64,000 bases of DNA. It comes from Tubiluchus corallicola. Taxonomy: Eukaryota > Animalia > Priapulida. How positions within the stretch are numbered: position 1 is the first letter of the stretch; every line of letters begins with the position of its first letter. Position numbers and translations under genes: made by a program. Below are positions 1 to 14,700 of the stretch, piece by piece. The stretch lies in the NCBI GenBank assembly GCA_030141605.1, contig JAQGDQ010000390.1, forward strand, positions 62,001-126,000. The letters run 5' to 3'. The notes below the pieces were generated by a model, which ran no database searches, had not been told where the DNA came from, and saw nothing but the letters and a program-made list of their open reading frames with translations.

Positions 1-446
1 TTATGCTTTATTTTACCCACATGTTACGTGACCGTTGTAGTGAAGACGCGTTGCTCCGGTATACTTAGCCTTTGACCCACAGCAACTCCTCGTGCACTCA
101 ATGAAACTGTGAAAAGGCTTATTACCATAAAGATATTACAAGAACTTCGAAATATAGTCGAGCACACCACAAGCTGTTCCAGTCTTTGGTTTCTGTCTGC
201 TGAATTCATACACCACAAACAGTTTGCCACATTTTGTTTTATAATATATATATATATATATAGAAATATTATCAATTTTTTTTATTAAAACAGCCTTATA
301 TTTGTCTGACAACAGCAACTAAATAACTTTGTAACTGTGATGCTGACGCATACAAAAACCAAACAAATCACTTTTTTAAAAGCTACATACACAAAGAAAT
401 ACAGTCAATAGAGCCTCAAGTAGAAATTCTAATGAGTGACATTATA

Positions 447-1436
447 TCAGGTGGTGCAAAAAAACGTGGTGAAGTTTTGATCACAATGTTATATGAAGAA
501 AATAATGGATTTGCTTAAAAATTACCACACTGATGTTACATACGCTTATGTGTAAATGCCATAATTTTTAAGTCATTTCCTTAGATTTTTCCAAGGGTAC
601 AGAAGTCTTAAAACAATAAGTAAGTTCCAGAAAAATTATGACACTATTGCTAAAATTTATAGCAAGTGCTCTATGTGGCCATCATTTTTACTGCAATCTA
701 AATGAAGGCATTTCTTCCAACGACTAACACATTTTCTCACTTCTTTAATGGGTAGTTGGTTCCAGCATTCAACAATTTTTAGCTTTGAGTTCCTTTGCAT
801 CATACGGCTCTGTGCAGCTGTTGCGTACTTTTTCCGGAGGATTAAGTTTCGTTTTTTTCTGGGCAACAAATCTTTATCAGTACTTTATTTTCAGTAGTAA
901 AAACCAAGATGTAAAGTGGATTTGTGACTGAGGGCTTTACATATATGCCAACGTGACTATTTTACAATTGATGATTAGCTAACATTCATTTCAATTCAAT
1001 TCAATAGATTTATTTTGCAAAACACAAATACTTATGCACCACAAAGGCACTGGTGATCAATTTTTGTTAATACAAAATCAGGATATAATTCATGAATTCT
1101 GCACTAGAGACTTAAAAAACTAGCTTATGTTACGCCACTAGAACGTACTACTAATAGTTAGTGTGAGTTACAGTGGGCATTAGTAGTATTATCCCGGCAT
1201 TGTTCCAGCACTTAAATTTTTAAAATGCAAAAGTTTTAAATATAAATTGTTTTAAATATAAATTGTTTTAAATATAAAACAATAACTAAAATATTGTTAG
1301 AACCATAAACTTGTTACTTTCGCAACCAAAAGACAACATATCACAATATCACGCTGAGAAATTGGAACTTTATAGTGCACTTGCTTCTAATGATATTGCA
1401 GTCTAAACTTCGGCACATTTTTTCTGCACCACCCAA
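447..1436 (-). mobile_element. Tc1/mariner-superfamily (maT-like) deleted transposon
   Basis: Imperfect ~33-bp TIRs (tcaggtggtgcaaaaaaacgtggtgaagttttga vs revcomp ttgggtggtgcagaaaaaatgtgccgaagtttaga), each flanked by TA; transposase C-terminal remnant WNQLPIKEVRKCVSRWKKCL..NDGHIEHLL at 657-869. Confidence 0.75.
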
Positions 1437-1779
1437 TATGTATGTGGTAATGTTTCACAGAAATGTTGTCTGTGATTTTATTTTTCGTTTGGCTTTGATA
1501 ACAGCTCTGAAAATTAAGATGTTTCAGTAAGAGTAGTCACCTGCCAGAGAGGTTATTTATAATTCGTGGGACACAAGATTAAAGAGATTCTGTATTTTTA
1601 CAATTTCAGGCCAATTTTCAAAACACTTAAAATTTGTGCAAGCCAGATGAAATGCAAATCACTACTACAGTGACTAGAAGGTAGTGAATGCATCGGATCA
1701 TCTAGACATTTGATCTTGCAATAAGTGAGAAGTAAATTTATTTCGACTACGATTATTGAAAATTATGCCGGTTTCGGTT

Positions 1780-4700
1780 TTACCGGGAAGAAATTTTAAA
1801 TGGGAACAATGGCAATTGCAAACCTGATTTCGGCATGCTGATTTCCAGGTTGACTGTAGACGGCGGCTTAAGTGATGGAATCGACACACAGAAGGAACTA
1901 CGGACGGAATGAACACTGCTGCGTGCCGATGAGGCGCGAGACGAAGTGGCACTGCTTGCATTGCTGGAGGGCAAACTAGGTGGCAACAGATCCATCTGGA
2001 ATCACCAAGGAAAATCATTTAATTTGCCATGTCTTGGGTAAAACAACCTCCAAGCATATTAAACAGAAAACTCAGGCATTTTTACCATTTTTTTTAGTTT
2101 TTGGTAAATTCTGCCTGCAATAAGCCTTTCCACAGTTTTGCTATGTGCATATGCAGTAGCTGTAGGTCAAAGGTTAAGTGTACCAGAACAACGCGTCTTA
2201 ACTCCAACTGTCACGTGACATGTGCATAAAACAAGACCTAACTTCAGTTATTTTACGTAGAATTTACTTAGCAGAGTATTAATCTGTGCGTAGAGTGATT
2301 TACTAGCAGGATCTTGTGTGGAAACAACAAAGTGAACTAGGTAAGGTTCTAGCTAGCTGTTAAGAATGCTACTATTACTACAGTATAGGCTGTGAGGCAT
2401 TGTCAAGTATACACAAATGCATTGTCTGGTTCACTTAACCTTTGACCTTTTCACGATCATCATCAATCGCTGGAACTGTGAAAAGGCTTACTGAACGTGC
2501 AACTTCCTGGGTGAAAAGCGAGCATGCGGTTCATTCTTAAACATTATTTACAGCACAGGGTTTGTATGCCAACATTCAAGGTTCAAATGAAGATTAAGTA
2601 CATTTTTATGTTGTTTTTCGATCAAATTTGACTGGTAACTTAATTAGTCAACAAAATGTCAACTTTTTTAATACAATGCCCAGAAAACTTTAGTATATAT
2701 CCACTGTATGTTAATGGCCTCCAAGACATAAAATTTTCCTCACATACGTAAGTATATGTTATTTAATTACTAATTTAAGTCAGTTTACGACTAAGTGTAC
2801 AAAAAAGACTCACCTTAGAAAACAGTTCGTTAATTTTACTCATAATTTCTGGATAATTGGCCATGACCTCACCAAGAGCTTTTGTTGCAGTTCTATAACT
2901 CTCCTTTAAGCTGCGAACCTCAACATCTTTCTATTAAAGGGGAAGAAAAGGCAATGTCAAACTACGTCCCGAAAAACAATGCTAAACTAGGTCTCCCTAA
3001 AAAAACAATGTTAAACTACATCCCAAAAAACTTTCCACACTAAGTTATTTTACTAAGAATTTCGCTTACCTGCTTGAAAGACTCATGTAACTAGAAAAGA
3101 AAATTCGTATTAATTAAAAATGTTTGTGTCACCTGATAAACTGTTACTGACTTACCTTCCCAACTGGCACCACTGACTCACCAAAAAAAACCTATTTTTA
3201 ATCTTATTGACAAGATACATAATTTAAAATTTTGCTTAGTTTGCGATATATAAGAACAGCAAATGTGATAAGAAAGTGCGAAATAAATTTGTATCATCTA
3301 GTGACTCTCCCACTTATTTGGGAAGCTTGCGTTATGTCAATGTATGCAAGCTGCCATTTTTATTTTCATTTTATATTTTCAAATTTTACACAATGTTACT
3401 TGAATAGTAAACTCTGCACATGGAGAGATTTCATACAGATGATTTTCTAGCAAAGTTTTTCACTTGTATGTTGAAGTTCACTTATCTTGTCTGTTAATAC
3501 AAGGCTCGTATATTACTTAAAACTTCGCAACAATCAAACCTCGCTAGCCTCCCCTCATTATAATGCAAGCCTCCCTATCATACCAAATTTTGGCTAGTCC
3601 AGATTTCCATAATGCATTAAATATAGGTAATACAGCCAAGCTATAAGTTATGCATAAGGTATAACGCCAGCTAAGATAAAGCACAGCGTATTGCTCCTGA
3701 AAAACAGCCATTGTATTGTGAAAACAATGATTTCTGACAAGAAATACAATTATGGTGTTTAAATTAAGATCTGCACAATTAAGTTTCATAGTGAGTGACT
3801 GTATGAAAGTGAATGTTGAGGTTTTGAGCAAGTAGCATGCATTATAAGAGTACAAGAGTTGAGTAGCTAAGATTCAGTAGTGAACTAATGGGAATTTAAC
3901 ACCTATTAAAGCTGCCTGACTCAAGTTCAAGTCATGTGCGGCAGCTGTTTATAGTCTTAATTATCCAGTAATCAACGTTGGGAACATGGGTGGGCCACAT
4001 GGGTGCATATTTCTCTTATCAGTAGTTGACTAATTAAGATATATAGTCGTGTTCCAGACCTAGCATTATAACAAGGTTTGATTAAACTACATTGAGTAGA
4101 AAAACTAAACTGTTACTTTGTTTCTCTATCGCCAAGAAGTCATAAAAGCTTTCTTAAACATTTTCCACGAACACTTCAAGATAAGAAAATACATTTCAAA
4201 ACATGTTGTTCTTCAAGCTTTCTTAGTGTGCACAGAACCAAATGCTTTCCAATCTTAAAACTTGAGAAGCTGTGCACTGCAGATGATAATAGCTTAAGTT
4301 CACTCAGTGAGTAGACTCAATGATATGAACAAGCAATATCATCTAGATTAATTCACAACACAATTTATCATTTTTCAACATCTGTTATGAAAGAGCACCG
4401 ACCTCTTCCAAAGTTTCGGCCTTAATTTTCTGAGATGATCTCAGCTCTTTTGCATATCTGGCATTCTGAAAATAAAAAATATAACCAATGAAAGCAGTCA
4501 TGAGGTCAACGACCCTCATGAGTGATGCTTGTTAATTAATTACATGTCTTACAGTAAATAACATCACAAATATGAAACAGCTCTCCTGAGATTTGCCACC
4601 TTAACATAAAAAAAATTGAATGCCCTTATAGTTTCAAAATAATTATTTTTGCTTCTTACAGAAGCTTTCACCCTAGCAGGTTTCATAAGCTGAAAAATTA

Positions 4701-5614
4701 CAGATAAAATGCTAAAAACGGTATTTAACAACGTAAAACAAAGATATTAAAAGCAAAAATAGTAGCTAAACTTCACTGATTTAAAATTTTAACATTAGCT
4801 AGTTCACACCAATTTTAACACTTTATCCATAATTTTTTGAGATTTCAACAGCATTCAAAATTTTCTTAAGTTAAAATAACACCACAAAATTTACATTACA
4901 AAAAATGCCCTTTCTGAAGGCATATCTCAATTTTTACAAAAATATCGTATGTTTATGACACAACACTATTTGAGTTGGATGCAACAAGGTTCGAATTATT
5001 TAGTATATTGGATCCTTCTAGAAAAAATGAACCCCGAAAAAGTTAAACTTTTATCTGAGCGGCATAAGAATTCGAAAAAAGATATTTAACATTGATTTAA
5101 AAAATATCAAAGAATTTTGCAAAATATAACAACATTATTCATCATTCATACTTAATGTCATTTTAAACAGAAACCAAACAATGGTTTGCAATAAAAATGT
5201 GTCATTAGTTCTGAAGCTGCCAACCAAAACTAAAGAGCTGCTTAGAAAGTAACCATATTGTTTAACTAGGTAGTCAAACAATGGACTATAGCCTTCATCT
5301 GAGTGTCTTACATCTCACAACAAAGTCAAAAAATAAATCAGCCACACAGTCAAATGTGTTCATTAAATCCTACATCCAGCAGTGTACTTGACCAGTGTGC
5401 CATGCTCCACATTCAACAGCTACATGACCAATGCACCATGCTCACTAAACATTCTCAATTACCTGTTTATCTACGCGAATAATCTTGACATCCTGTTCGC
5501 TGGTGTCCTTCTCCAGAACGGTTAGTTTCTGCTGCTTATCATTCAGTAAGTGTTTGGTAACCGCTTCTGTCTGACGTAGATTGTGGAGCGTCCTTTTCAT
5601 CGTCTACGTAACAA

Positions 5615-5682
<68 letters not shown>

Positions 5683-5704
5683 AACAGACAGAGAGACGGA
5701 GGAA

Positions 5705-5747
<43 letters not shown>

Positions 5748-8700
5748 AACAGACAGAGAGACGGAGGAAGGTGAGAGAGGGAGAGATTATAGAGGTTATT
5801 GTTATTATTATTATTACAATTCTTTATTCAAAATTTAAAATTACACACGCATACAATAGTTACAAATGTACAATACAGAGACCCTCTGTTTGCAGGGTAT
5901 TGTAAGCGGACAGTTAAAATACTGGTATACCTATAAAATTTACTATTACATTTATAAAAGTTAAATACAGTATTAAGATGTATAATAATATATTCAGTGA
6001 TGATGATGATGATGCAGATAATCACTATAAAGATGACAAACAATAACCATGATGATGATAAAATCTTGTCACCATTAAATATCAAAGTACCAAAGTCTCT
6101 ATCAACACAAAATTAAACTTTAGGCATACAATGTCACAGCTTATACTACTGAAATATGGCATTAGCTAACTAAAGTCATAAATTAAGATAATAGCCAGTG
6201 TTTAAGGTGAATGTAGGTCTACGTAGTTCATATATAATGTTACAAAATGTTGAGATACAATATTACCTCTATATCATCAGTGAGTTCTCTGGCTTGCTTT
6301 CTCTTGAATTTGCATTTGTCGGTGACGGCTCTCAGTTGAGCTTCTAATTCTTGTCTGTCCTGTTGTTCAGCACCTAAAATGAAACAGCGTATGTAAAAAA
6401 ACTTGTAAAAAAGCTAAACAAAACATTGTAAAAAAACTTCTAAACTGATAAGCTAAACAAAACACCGTAAAAAACTTCTAAACTGATAAGCTAAACAAAA
6501 CATCGTAAAAAACTTCTAAACTGATAAGCTAAACAAAACACCGTAAAAAACTTCTAAACTGATAAGCTAAACAAAACACCGTAAAAAACTTCTAAACTGA
6601 TAAGCTAAACAAAACATCGTAAAAAACTTCTAAACTGATAAGCTAAATAAAAGATTGTAAAAAAACTTCTAAACTGATAAGCTAAACAAAACATCGTAAA
6701 AAACTTCTAAACTGATAAGCTAGACAAAATATCGTAAAAAAACTTCTAAACTGATAAGCTAAACAAAACATCGTAAAAAAACTTCTAAACTGATAAGCTA
6801 AACAAAACACCGTAAAAAACTTCTAAACTGATAAGCTAGACAAAATATCGTAAAAAAACTTCTAAACTGATAAGCTAAACAAAACATCGTAAAAAACTTC
6901 TAAACTGATAAGCTAAACAAAACATCGTAAAAAAACTTCTAAACTGATAAGCTAAACAAAACATCGTAAAAAAACTTCTAAACTGATAAGCTAAACAAAA
7001 CATCGTAAAAGAAACTTCTAAACTGATAAGCTAAACAAAACATCGTAAAAAAACTTCTAAACTGATAAGCTAGACAAAATATCGTAAAAAAACTTCTAAA
7101 CTGATAAGCTAAACAAAACATCGTAAAAAACTTCTAAACTGATAAGCTAAACAAAAGATTGTAAAAGAAACTTCTAAACTGATAAGCTAAACAAATCATT
7201 ACCAGTTTATAATGATTCGTCTTTCTTGTTAACAGATCGACGTAACTATGTACGCATAAAACAATTTTGACAGTACTGTCTACACAGCAGTCATAATGCC
7301 ATGTCACCATCTACTGAAAATCTTATTGAACTAATAGAAGCTAGTGCACATTGAACAGAGCTAAAAACAGCACATTTTTTCATTTTAAATTCCCAAAGTT
7401 TCTGTCAATATGATATTAAAATAAAAAATTTTGTAGGCATGTTACTACTTGCTATGCACAAATCTGCGTTTACGCAGATAATGAACATTTGTCTCTGTAA
7501 TTAAAGCAGCAGCATAGCTAATAGGGAAGCAAGGGGAGGAACCGCTTTACTGAGCACATTTTCAAAGAGCTGGCGCCTTTTCTACAATTTTTTAACTCTT
7601 AAGTTCATTTGTTCGATAAAAGTTGAATCTTTTTATATTATTTAAATTAATCGTATAGCCTTGGAGGGATTTTTGGAAGTCATTACTTTAATTATGTATT
7701 TACTTTAAAACTGTATCCTCCTCATGTTTTGATTTTAAAGACAAAATTAAAATGTATAATCAATGCGTTAAAAATTGTTTGGTATGTGCCCCGGCACCTT
7801 TTTTATATGCTTGCTCCTCCTAACTTTAGAACCTGGCTGTGCTCCTGAATTAAAGTGTATGCATTAATCTGAATACTGATTCAAACCCTTTTCTCTTTGT
7901 ACTAAACACAAGCAGAATACTATAGATAGCAAACACAGCTAGAAACTAACTTTTGTCAGTGAATTTCTCGAAGGTTTGCTTGTAAGCTCTGTTGTGTGAA
8001 TACATGAGATTTAGAGTATTCCTCAAGGCCTGAACTTCCTTCTCGGCACGGTGAATTTTGCTGTCCAGCTCATCTCCTATTCGCTGACACTCTTCCTTAT
8101 CCTGCGCTGCCTATATATAGCAAAGCGATCAGAACAATTGCAATAAAAATAGATTGAAAACTGGAGCCTCATGGGTGGATTTAATAGTTGCAGGAATTAA
8201 TATTTTTTCACTGACACTTCTAATACTTTATTATAAGCAGCAGTAGCAGACGAAAATGTAAATGATAAATAAACGTTGCATGCACATGAAATATGGTTGT
8301 CCAATTCAAAATTTGAGCTAAAGTTTACAATTCCCCATGCACAAGAAATTAGTTCATGAAGCAAAACAGGGTTGGAGTTAGGATTACGGTCAGGGTATTT
8401 AAATTGTGTGGGCAAACTCCTTCCAAAATTTGCAAATATTTATACTAAATTTAATAGAGATGTGCCAACTGAAAAAATTCATTATGGTGACATGCAGATT
8501 TCCTGGCATCCACAAGCTTCATCACAACCCCGGGGAATAGGACATGTGAAAATTGGGTGCAGACGTTTAGCCACCAGACATTTTGGCGATGGCTCACTTG
8601 GACAAGAGACATTTGAATGCCAGCATCCATGCATATTCAGTGCACTGATTTGATAAGGCAATAAGACACTACTAAAATTAATGACATCTTACGCTACAAA

Positions 8701-11700
8701 TCTTGCTGTCTTTCCTGCCTTGTAGGAATCCTTTTATTTGCCTGATTAATGATTAGCCTATAATGTAATGTTTAAAATTTGTAGATTTTTGTCAGAAATA
8801 AAATAATTATTTCCAGAGCACGATTGCACAATTAAAACTATAGTGAAGCAACTGTAACGAATATGGCATGTGCAAAAACACAGCTGTTGAGAGTATAATA
8901 TTATCACACATTTCGCATGAGATGCAGCAGAAATGCTTACAGTAATTGCTAATCACTCCATTTGGCTCCTTAACTGATCTAGATTCTAACAGTTTTCGGA
9001 TTGGCAGCTAATATAAACACTATATACAACACATTATACATCATTTCTTCTAATTACAGAAGCACAGGAAGCGCTCGATGAATAGAGTACATTGTGACAG
9101 ATATCACTAGTTAAATGCTGTACTAGTTGTAGTGACACTAAATTTTGGTATCAACTGATTCTTTAAAGGACATTTCTGTCTTCAAGTGTTTTAGAACATA
9201 GACCTAATACTGAAAGTAGATCGACACAAAGTGCAGCGACAATTGAATTGTCTTAATTGTTATATAATATAATGTAATGTAATGTAATGCAATGCAATGT
9301 ACTGTAATATAATTAATATAACATAACATAATATAATATGATATTTTATTGCATATGTTTAATTTAGTGAAGTGTTACATTGTGAGAGTTAGGAAACTAT
9401 ATTGAATCATTAAAAATTTAATAAGCAAAAATAAAAAAATAAGGCACAGTATTAAATTTTAATTGTGCCCAAATGTCTCATGCCCAAGTGTCCTCACACA
9501 CAAATGTCATGTACCCCCAAGCCTTGGTTAACAATAACCTCAACTGACATAAATAAAGTTTAAATGAATTAAACTGAGCTCACATTTGCAGAATCAAATT
9601 GCAAGAGACATTTCATAAACTTTTTTTATTATAATGAGTCATAGTTATAATTAGCACCAGTGAGTGCATAACATTGTTCTGATTGACTGACTAATTATTG
9701 ATTACAATTAATTGTACCTTAATAACATAATATGCTGCTGATTTCTCTTCTTGGCCTTCGGGAGGCATCATCCCAATCATTATGACTTCACATCTATGAG
9801 CAATTAATTAAATACATTCATTTTAATAACTGGAAGCAATCATTAAACTACCTGTTAATTAGATAATGGATCTACCTGACAGGTTCATCAGAAACTCAAT
9901 ACAATAATAACAGTTTCTTATACATTAGCGGTCTTATACATTTACAGTAATAGCAGTTTCTAAGCTTAGGTAAGCAAACCAGTAGGGATATAGAGAATGG
10001 TTTACAGTAATAGCAGTTTCTAAATTTAGGTTAGCAAACCACCAAGGATATAGAGAATGTTTTACAGTAATAGCAGTAACTAAACTTAGGTGAGCAAACC
10101 ACCAGGGATACAGAGAATGGTTTACAGTAATAGCAGTTTCTAAACTTAGGTAAGCAAACCACCAGGGATAGAGAGAATAGTTTACAGTAATAGCAGTTTC
10201 TAAACTTAGGTAAGCAAACCACCAAGGATATAGAGAATGGTTTACAGTAATAGCAGTTTCTAAACATAGGTAAGCAAACCACCAGGGATATAGAGAATGG
10301 TTTACAGTAATAGCAGTTTCTAAGCTTAGGTAAGCAAACCAGTAGGGATATAGAGAATGGTTTACAGTAGTAGCAGTTTCTAAATTTAGGTTAGTAAACC
10401 ACCAGGGATATAGAGAATGGTTTACAGTAATAGCAGTTTCTAAATTTAGGTTAGCAAACCACCAAGGATATAGAGAATGTTTTACAGTAATAGCAGTAAC
10501 TAAACTTAGGTGAGCAAACCACCAGGGATACAGAGAATGGTTTACAGTAATAGCAGTTTCTAAACTTAGGTAAGCAAACCACCAGGGATAGAGAGAATAG
10601 TTTACAGTAATAGCAGTTTCTAAATTTAGGTTAGCAAACCACCAAGGATATAGAGAATGGTTTACAGTAATAGCAGTTTCTAAACATAGGTAAGCAAACC
10701 ACCAGGGATATAGAGAATGGTTTACAGTAATAGCAGTTTCTAAATTTAGGTTAGTAAACCACCAGGGATATAGAGAATGGTTTACAGTAGTAGCAGTTTC
10801 TAAGCTTAGGTAAGCAAACCACCAAGGATATAGAAAATGGTTTACAGTAATAACAGTTTCTAAATTTAGGTTAGTAAACCACCAGGGATATAGAGAATGG
10901 TTTACAGTAGTAGCAGTTTCTAAACTTAGGTAAGCAAACCACCAGAGATTCAGAGGAATGTTTACGCTAAAGACAGTTTCTAAAAGTAGCCTAGCAAATT
11001 ATCACAGGGATATAGAGAATGGTTTACAGTAATAACGGTTTCTAAAATTAGGTGAGCAAACCACCAAGGATTCAGAGGATGGTTTAAAGTAATAAGTTTC
11101 AAAACTAAGGTTAACAAACAACCAGGGATTCAAAGGATGGTTTACAGTAATGACAGTTTCTAAACTTAGGTTAGCAAATCATCAGGGATCGGAGAATGGT
11201 TTGCAGTAATAACAGTTTCTAAATTTAGGTGATCAAACCACCAGAGATTCAGAGGAATGTTTACACTAAAGACAGTTTCTAAAATTAGCCTAGCAAATTA
11301 TCAAGGATTCAGAGAATGGTTTACAGTAATAAGTTTCAAAACTTAGGTTAACAAACCACCAGAGATTCAGAGAATGGTTTGCAGTAATGACAGTTTCTAA
11401 ACTTAGGTGAGCAAATCACCAGGGAGTCAGAAGATCGTATACTAGTAAAAACAGTTTCCAAACTTAAGTTAGCAAATCACTGTGGATTCAGAGGATAGTT
11501 CATAGAAGTATCATTACATAACTACAAAAGAAACATTTACAGTCCTAAACACTTAAATCCGGAAAGATAAGAAAGGAACTGCAGTTTGACCAATGTAGAT
11601 GTGCATGTTGTACCATATACACAGTGATTTGCATTCAGAAAGAAGCTGTCTCCAAGTGATGATAGGACTGTCACATTTTCACTCCTACATGTGGAGTATT

Positions 11701-14700
11701 ACGCACTGCTTGTGCTGATAATGCTTATTTCTGAATAAAGTCGTTACAATTTGAACAACTTGATATCCGTTGAGATAGAATTGTATACTTGATATTGCAT
11801 ATAAATCTATATATATTATCATTCTGTACTGAGTATATTCTGTACCATGTTAATAAGATCATAGGTCTAAACGGTCTAATAACCCTCTAAGTACTAATGT
11901 CAGACAAAATGTTACACATTACTTTTGAGTAATGAATTTATTCAAAAAAAAAACAGTAAAATAAATGAATGCAGAAACAAGTACGATATTCACGACAATT
12001 GGAAAGTAGTTACATTCACCCACCTTTTTCTTACTTTATCGATTTTTGAAAATCTTTCCTGCAATTCAAGAGAGAGGGTGCCTTTCTCTTCCTGGGCTGT
12101 CTTTATCTGAGATTTGAGCATATCTCTGTGTGATGTGACTTCACTGTATCGCTCTTTCATAGCCTAAAACCAGACGGGTGAAATTAATTCGTTTCTTTGA
12201 CAAAAACTGAGCAAGTGAAAATAAAAGACAATGTTATGGTAAAAGGAACAACAAGGTTTTGTTTCGAGTGTTTAAGATAAAGACAAAGACAAGATTTATT
12301 TACCGTCGCTCATTTAATAGACAATATTAGCACTAACAGCAATTTAGTGACTTACACTTACAACAATACAGGTAAAGATGCAACACACTAATAACAAATA
12401 AATGTAAGGAATATTTCCTGGCATTGGCAGCTGCTAGACTTGAACTGAAGATGGCGTGGTTGCAGTCCAAAATCTAGACCACTTGGTCATAGAACACAAG
12501 GCAACTGACACGTGTCATTTAAGAGGCTATGGTTATTACTGGACAGATTGAAAAAGGAGGCGTAATTAATGCAAAAACAAAGACAAGATTTATTTACCGT
12601 CGCTCATTTAACAAACAATATTAGCACTAACGGGCTATTTAGTGACTTACACTTAAAACAATGAAGGTAAGGATGCAACACACAATAAATATGTAAGGAA
12701 TATGTGCTGGCGTTGGCAGCTGCTAGACTCAAGCTGAAGACGGTGTGGTTGCAGTCCAAAATCTAGACCACTCAGCCACTCAACCCAAGGCAAATGACAC
12801 TTGTCAAATGCAGGCTGTATTAATTCAAGGCATCTAGATGGATAACATAGGTGCTTTTAGCATTTTGATTAAATTGGCTTGATATAGCTTGAACTTAATG
12901 TAGCAGTTATGTAACGATTTTGGAATGCCAACAGTAAGTGACTACATTTGGCATACGTTGCTTATTAATACCATTACTGTGTATGTTTAAGGGAAATCCC
13001 GACTTGCTGTTAGATTGATTTTTGGTAAAAACTGGGTTTTGCGAAACTGGGTTTATTTAATCCAGATTGGATTTCATGTAGTTGGTATGTACAGCTTTTG
13101 CTAACCAATAGCAATGTTGCAGTACTGACTATTGTGTGTGTGTGCTCGTATGGTGTGTTTTAGGAGAGATGTAACAATTTTATATTCTTATGATGCTACA
13201 CATTTGGCCATGCCTGGGCAAACTTTGAAGGTAGAGAAAAAAGGCTGAAACTGCAATCCTAGTGAGATTCCACCTAGTAACTCCGATGGTGAAAGCGAAC
13301 TTGTGTAAATAATGTGAGATTCCTCAACGGGTTTTAGGTTCTCTTGATTAATATACTGAAACGTACAGTAGCAGAAAAATCACTCAACTGTTTCTAATTG
13401 TTGTCTTCGTTTTTCCAGATCCATCACCTGATCCGCTCTCGAATTTAGCGTAGCCGTCAATCGATGCAGTTCCAATTTCTTCAAATTCTCATCAACCATC
13501 AAAGCCTAAAAGTAAGAAATACTATAGTAATGTGACTAGAATAAGAATGCATGACTTCAGACACTTTTTCCTGAATACAAACTTTTATACTGCAAAATAC
13601 AGGAGACAAAATTTTAAAAAATGTAGTGGACCAAATTATGGTACAATTTACACTTGCTAGTAGAAATAATATAGCAAATTTTTTTGTAACTAATGAACAC
13701 ACACATCTTACTATTATGAATAACACCAGTTTACAAAATGAAAACCATTTGATAGGCTAAGAATAATCCTTACCAGAACACTACCAGACAAAAGTCAAAG
13801 ATGCTAAAAAAGTTAGCAGGCATGCATGCGACTACAATTAGTGCAATGACAAGTTCATTGTTGCACCTGATTAATTTGCGGGCCATTGAGAAATTTCAGT
13901 TTTGACACTATGTTCGTTAATTTTGTTACAAGGAGTATTTGTAGATAAAAATAGCCAACGTATCTTAATTTGCTGTTTGTTAATTCTTACAAAACTTACG
14001 AACCCTTAAGACAAGTTAAAGAAGTGTTGCGAGTGTGCAATTGCACTACTTACAGTCCCACGTGTCTTGAAAAATTATCATGAATTAATAAAGCATAAAA
14101 ATGTTATTAGTTATTAATTTAATGAGATGGAATCTTATACATCAGTTTTGTTTATTGAACATCATTTTTGACAACAGTGATGATGATATGAATAATTAAT
14201 TTTGCTCAGTATGCTTGACAGTTCTCAAAGTAACATCACTTAGATATTGTTGTTTGCTACATCAATAAAAAAGCTTCTATAATACACTTAAAGACTGGAA
14301 TTACTTGTTTACCTGTCGCTTAGCAACAATATGTTTCAACTCTCTCTGTGCATTGTCGTTATGCAGTTCAATTTCGTCGTTCTTTGCAGTAAGGTCATGC
14401 TTTTCCTTCCTCACTCGCTCCAGTGATAATCTGACACGACGTATATCATCCTACAAAATTACGTGGGCATACTAAATTAGATATGACACATGCACAACCT
14501 CAGAGATTTTTCCAGTCTCTTCACTATCAATAATTTAGGAAACTGTCAGCTTAGACATATTATCACTATATGTTTTACTGCATAAATGGCTGCATGAAAG
14601 GAAATTATGCTCCCGGTAAATTAGCTTCTGTACATTAAATCATTCTCATCAGTGAGGTTACCATCGGAGGCTGTGTGAAGTTACTATTTTTATCTCTGTA

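Noticed and set aside
5539-5774. ORFs encoding (SL)n and (ER)n peptides
   Set aside because: Translation of the (GA)n microsatellite.
10031-10282. Cys-rich repetitive ORF resembling a metal-binding protein
   Set aside because: Translation of the 60-bp minisatellite; neighbouring units contain stops and there is no ATG or splice support.
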